Source: an uncultured Gammaproteobacteria bacterium (lineage in GTDB: Bacteria > Patescibacteriota > Microgenomatia > UBA12405). Taken from it: a stretch of 44,878 bases of DNA. The position numbers and the translations under genes were made by a program. Every line of letters begins with the position of its first letter. Position 1 is the first letter of the stretch. The stretch is taken from the NCBI GenBank assembly GCA_964637525.1, contig CAZWUG010000001.1, positions 1 to 44,878 of the forward strand. Direction: 5' to 3'. The notes under the pieces were generated by a model that worked only from the letters and a program-made list of their open reading frames with translations, did not search any database and had not been told where the DNA came from. Positions 42,074-44,878 of this stretch are shown here, piece by piece.

Positions 42074-43306
42074 ATGAAAAAAGAAAGAAAAATACCAACT
42101 ATCTTAGGGATTTTCTTAATTCTAGCCACTTTGTACATTGGCAATTCCGTTGTGAATCGACAAACTAATACTACCACCAAGGCTAGTGGCAGTTGTGACC
42201 CAATTAGTGTCCAAGTAACCAACATCACCAATAAATCTGCCACTATATCATTTACTACATTATCTGATTGCTTATCGGCAATTTCACTTGGAAATCAGAC
42301 AATAGAAAATTCTAAAGGGAAAAGTAAAATACATTATTTTGATATTAATTCTCTTGAAGAATCGAAAGCTTATACTTTTAGTGTTATCTCAGATGGCAAG
42401 AATTATTCACTCGACAGTTTTAATTTTAAAACGGGACAAAAACCAACAGGAGAGATTCCAATTTCCGATTTAGCTTGGGGTAAAGTTTACCAATCTGATC
42501 ATAGCCTTGCTACTCAGGCGATAGTTTATTTTTCAGTTGCTGGAGCATCTCCACTATCAGCATTAGTTACTTCATCTGGGGAATGGAATATTACCTTAGC
42601 TACCAGTTTTAATGAAAGTTTAACTAATTATTTTTCCTCTCCTTCCAATACGGAGGAAAATTTAGTCGTAGTTGATGATAGCCAAACCCAAACTCAGATT
42701 GTTGGTAACACCAATCACAACAACCCCGTCCCTGATATTGTTATTGGTCAAAACAATTTTTCTGCTCCAAGTCCAGTTGTCGAGCTCCCTCAAACCAGTT
42801 TACTCAATCAGGAATATAATTTTCCCGATGATACATCTCTGACTATTTCAAACCCTGACAACAATGAAACTTTATCCACAAAACGTCCAAATTTTTTTGG
42901 TACTGCCAACCCTGGAGATAAACTTAAAATTGAAGTTCATTCACCTGTAGCTATTAATGATTCAATCACTGCGGATGATGATGGAAGTTGGGACTGGTCT
43001 CCATCAAAAGATCTAACTCCGGGGGAACATACTATCACTATAACCGACGAAGAGAATAATACTATTAGTAAAAAATTTATAGTTTTGGCTGCAGAATCAA
43101 ACACTTCTTTTACCGCTTCTTCGTCGGCCACTCCAAGCCAAAAACCTACATCTACTCCCATTCCAACCCCAACTAGTATTCCAACTAGTGTTCCCAGCAC
43201 TTCTTCAGGTATCCCAAAAACGGGGAATATCTTTCCTACTGGAATTATTTTAGCCTTATCATTAATTTCAATATCTTTTGCTTTTATTTTTTCCAAAAAA
43301 CCCTAA
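42074..43306 (+). CDS. Secreted FN3/Ig-like domain protein with a C-terminal LPXTG-like (IPKTG) sorting signal
   Basis: 410 aa with an N-terminal signal/anchor. There is an FN3-like module (ISVQVTNITNKSATISFTT...YTFSV) and an Ig-like module (PNFFGTANPGDKLKIEVHS...GEHTITITDE). A PT linker is followed by IPKTG, 22 hydrophobic residues and SKKP. Confidence 0.7.
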   Translation: MKKERKIPTILGIFLILATLYIGNSVVNRQTNTTTKASGSCDPISVQVTNITNKSATISFTTLSDCLSAISLGNQTIENSKGKSKIHYFDINSLEESKAYTFSVISDGKNYSLDSFNFKTGQKPTGEIPISDLAWGKVYQSDHSLATQAIVYFSVAGASPLSALVTSSGEWNITLATSFNESLTNYFSSPSNTEENLVVVDDSQTQTQIVGNTNHNNPVPDIVIGQNNFSAPSPVVELPQTSLLNQEYNFPDDTSLTISNPDNNETLSTKRPNFFGTANPGDKLKIEVHSPVAINDSITADDDGSWDWSPSKDLTPGEHTITITDEENNTISKKFIVLAAESNTSFTASSSATPSQKPTSTPIPTPTSIPTSVPSTSSGIPKTGNIFPTGIILALSLISISFAFIFSKKP

Positions 43307-43311
43307 ACAAT

Positions 43312-43320
43312 TGTTAATAT
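43312..43320 (+). promoter_or_regulatory. Putative extended -10 box (TGtTAATAT), 7 nt upstream of ATG 43328
   Basis: caatTGTTAATATaactattATG. Confidence 0.35.
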
Positions 43321-43327
43321 AACTATT

Positions 43328-44236
43328 ATGTTTAAATCAATTTTTGAAGCTCTTAGGCCCATTCAATGGATTAAAAATTTAAGTATCTTCGCTGCTTTAA
43401 TTTTAAATGGTCAACTTTTTGATTATGATTTATTCTTAAAAAGTTTTGGAGCATTTATTGTTTTTTGCTTACTTTCATCTTCTTCATATTTGATTAATGA
43501 TGTTATTGATGCTGATAAAGATAGATTACATCCTGTCAAGAAAAATCGTCCTATCGCTCGTGGAGCTGTCCCCCAATCAATTGCCATATTAATCGCCTTC
43601 ATTCTAGTCTTCACTGGTCTGTCCATTTCAATTTTTATTAATACCAGCTTCTTTTGGATTTCATTTGTGTTTATTATTTTACAGTACACCTATTCACTTC
43701 TTCTCAAAAAGAAAGCCATTTTAGATATTATTGGCATTGCCTTCTTTTTTATTCTTCGAGCTTATGCCGGAGAACTCGCTACTGGTTACCATTTACCAAT
43801 TTGGATTATGTTGGCAGTCATCTTCCTTTCTTTGTTTCTAGCCAGTGGTAAAAGACGGACCGAGCTTGGCAATACCGGTGTTAAAACCAGAAGTGCTTTA
43901 ACTGGGTATAGTAAAAATTTGCTTAATTTTTATACTACTATGTTTGCTGTTTGTACTTTAATTGCCTATGCCATGTTTACTTTTATGGAAGATCCAATAA
44001 TTTTTGATGGTTTAATGCATAATTTCTTGTTAGAAAACTTTCCCAATGCTCTCGGTAGAAAATGGTATATGATCACTTTAATTCCTGTAATTTTTGGCAT
44101 TATGCGCTATGGTCAAGTAATTTTTGAAATGCAAGAAGGAGAACGTCCTGAACGAGTGGTCGCTACCGATATCCCCTTACTCTTGTCTATACTTCTTTGG
44201 GGATTGATGATGATTACTATAATTTATGTCATCTAA
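43328..44236 (+). CDS. UbiA-family prenyl-phosphate phosphoribosyltransferase (decaprenyl-phosphate 5-phosphoribosyltransferase-like, Rv3806c-type)
   Basis: 302 aa with ~8 TM helices. ALRPIQWIKNLSIFAAL at the N-terminus and LINDVIDADKDRLHPVKKNRPIARG (NDxxDxxxD). Confidence 0.75.
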   Translation: MFKSIFEALRPIQWIKNLSIFAALILNGQLFDYDLFLKSFGAFIVFCLLSSSSYLINDVIDADKDRLHPVKKNRPIARGAVPQSIAILIAFILVFTGLSISIFINTSFFWISFVFIILQYTYSLLLKKKAILDIIGIAFFFILRAYAGELATGYHLPIWIMLAVIFLSLFLASGKRRTELGNTGVKTRSALTGYSKNLLNFYTTMFAVCTLIAYAMFTFMEDPIIFDGLMHNFLLENFPNALGRKWYMITLIPVIFGIMRYGQVIFEMQEGERPERVVATDIPLLLSILLWGLMMITIIYVI

Positions 44237-44878
44237 AAAAAATTTTGTTTTTTTCCTTATTCTCTTTCTCGGTCTCTTAACCAGATTTTTTAATCTTAAT
44301 TGGTCTGGCGATTTTGGATTCCATCCTGATGAAAATAATATGGTCAATGCCGTATTGTCACTTAACAAAAATAATCTAGCTCCCAATTTTTTTGCTTATG
44401 GTCAATTTCCTCTTTATCTTACCTATTTCACTACTCCAAAACATAATTTTTTCGCTACTCAGTTAACACTTAGATTTTGGTCTGCCATTTTCTCGGTATT
44501 ATCAATCCCCATTTTTTATTTAATTGGCAAAAAAGTCTTTAAATCACCAAAATTAGGAAACATTTTTTCATTATTAATCGTTTTTACCCCAGGCCTAATC
44601 CAACTATCTCACTTTGGGACAACAGAATCTATTCTTATTTTTGTTTTTGTTCTAAATATTTATCTTTCATTTTTATTTTATGATCAACCCCAAAATTTAA
44701 GTTTATTGTTTTTTGCTGGGTTATTTTCTGGTGTTGGTATTGCCACCAAAATTTCTGCTGCTATTTTTATTGTTCCAATCTGTTTGAGTTTTTTATTTAT
44801 TTTTTTAAAAAACCAAAAAATTTTTTTTAGTCTTATCCTAAAATTCTTAATATTAATTACCACCACTTTACTTTTTTC
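44226..44878 (+). CDS. GT-C fold glycosyltransferase (family 39/ArnT-like), N-terminal part; continues beyond the window
   Basis: Not in the ORF track because no stop is reached. ATG 44226 overlaps the upstream gene by 11 nt. The frame MSSKKNFVFFLILFLGLLTRFFNLNWSGDFGFHPDENNMVNAV...GQFPLYL... stays open to base 44878. It is polytopic, with an early extracytoplasmic HPDE loop typical of GT-C enzymes. Confidence 0.7.
   Translation, partial: MSSKKNFVFFLILFLGLLTRFFNLNWSGDFGFHPDENNMVNAVLSLNKNNLAPNFFAYGQFPLYLTYFTTPKHNFFATQLTLRFWSAIFSVLSIPIFYLIGKKVFKSPKLGNIFSLLIVFTPGLIQLSHFGTTESILIFVFVLNIYLSFLFYDQPQNLSLLFFAGLFSGVGIATKISAAIFIVPICLSFLFIFLKNQKIFFSLILKFLILITTTLLF

Noticed and set aside
42937-43296. 119-aa minus-strand ORF antisense to the LPXTG-like protein gene (also 42046-42243)
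   Set aside because: It is a mirror translation of the PT linker and hydrophobic tail. The plus-strand frame has a coherent signal peptide, domains and sorting signal.
1-44878. Alternative genetic code (TGA read as Gly or Trp, as in some candidate phyla)
   Set aside because: Conserved genes terminate at TGA at their expected ends, for example sufB at 7354-7356 and sufU at 9374-9376. Full-length housekeeping proteins contain no in-frame TGA.
1-44878. tRNA, rRNA, tmRNA, RNase P, riboswitches, mobile elements, prophage and known defence systems
   Set aside because: Intergenic spacers are mostly under 100 nt. The two long ones (2062-2340 and 19161-19530) show no cloverleaf, T-loop (GTTCGAAT-like) or other RNA signature I can recognise. 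No transposase, integrase, RT, Cas or restriction-modification proteins are among the ORFs. Absence of small ncRNAs cannot be proven by eye.

Overview
This is an AT-rich (roughly one-third G+C by eye, not computed), densely coding 44.9-kb chromosomal segment. I call about 55 protein-coding genes. I found no rRNA, tRNA, CRISPR array, transposase, integrase or phage gene. TGA is a normal stop codon: sufB ends in TGA inside an ATGA overlap with the next gene.

Most of the content is housekeeping:
- A complete sufCB(D)SU operon ending in an IscR-like Rrf2 regulator.
- greA, queA, mscL, pyrG, rarA, map, folD, metG, tatD, rpsT, murJ, Fe/Mn-SOD and a two-subunit 2-oxoacid:ferredoxin oxidoreductase.

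Interspersed are cell-surface and envelope genes:
- Pro/Thr-linker proteins with Ig-like domains.
- An LPXTG-like protein, a LytR_C protein and an L,D-transpeptidase.
- A GH130/GT4 operon.
- A DPPR-synthase-like UbiA gene next to a GT-C gene.

The small genes, the Gram-positive-type envelope genes, the PT linkers and the near-total lack of Shine-Dalgarno sequences suggest a reduced-genome uncultivated bacterium of the Patescibacteria/CPR type. That placement is inference only and needs a database search.

No recognisable defence or mobile system is present. The points most worth a second look are:
1. Pervasive leaderless gene starts, with TATAAT-like boxes 5-9 nt before ATG, combined with ATGA/TAATG translational coupling.
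2. A coupled module of a deaminase-like protein, a stand-alone GIY-YIG nuclease and a Cys-less alkyltransferase-like (ATL) protein.
3. A degenerate PP2C-like protein next to a 1058-aa surface protein, in a stretch with shifted Arg codon usage.
4. A cluster of PilN/PilO-like genes, an LPXTG-like protein, a DPPR-synthase-like gene and a GT-C gene downstream of murJ.
5. An unannotated frameshifted small exported ORF overlapping the end of the L,D-transpeptidase gene.

All family assignments come from motif recognition by eye. No searches were run.
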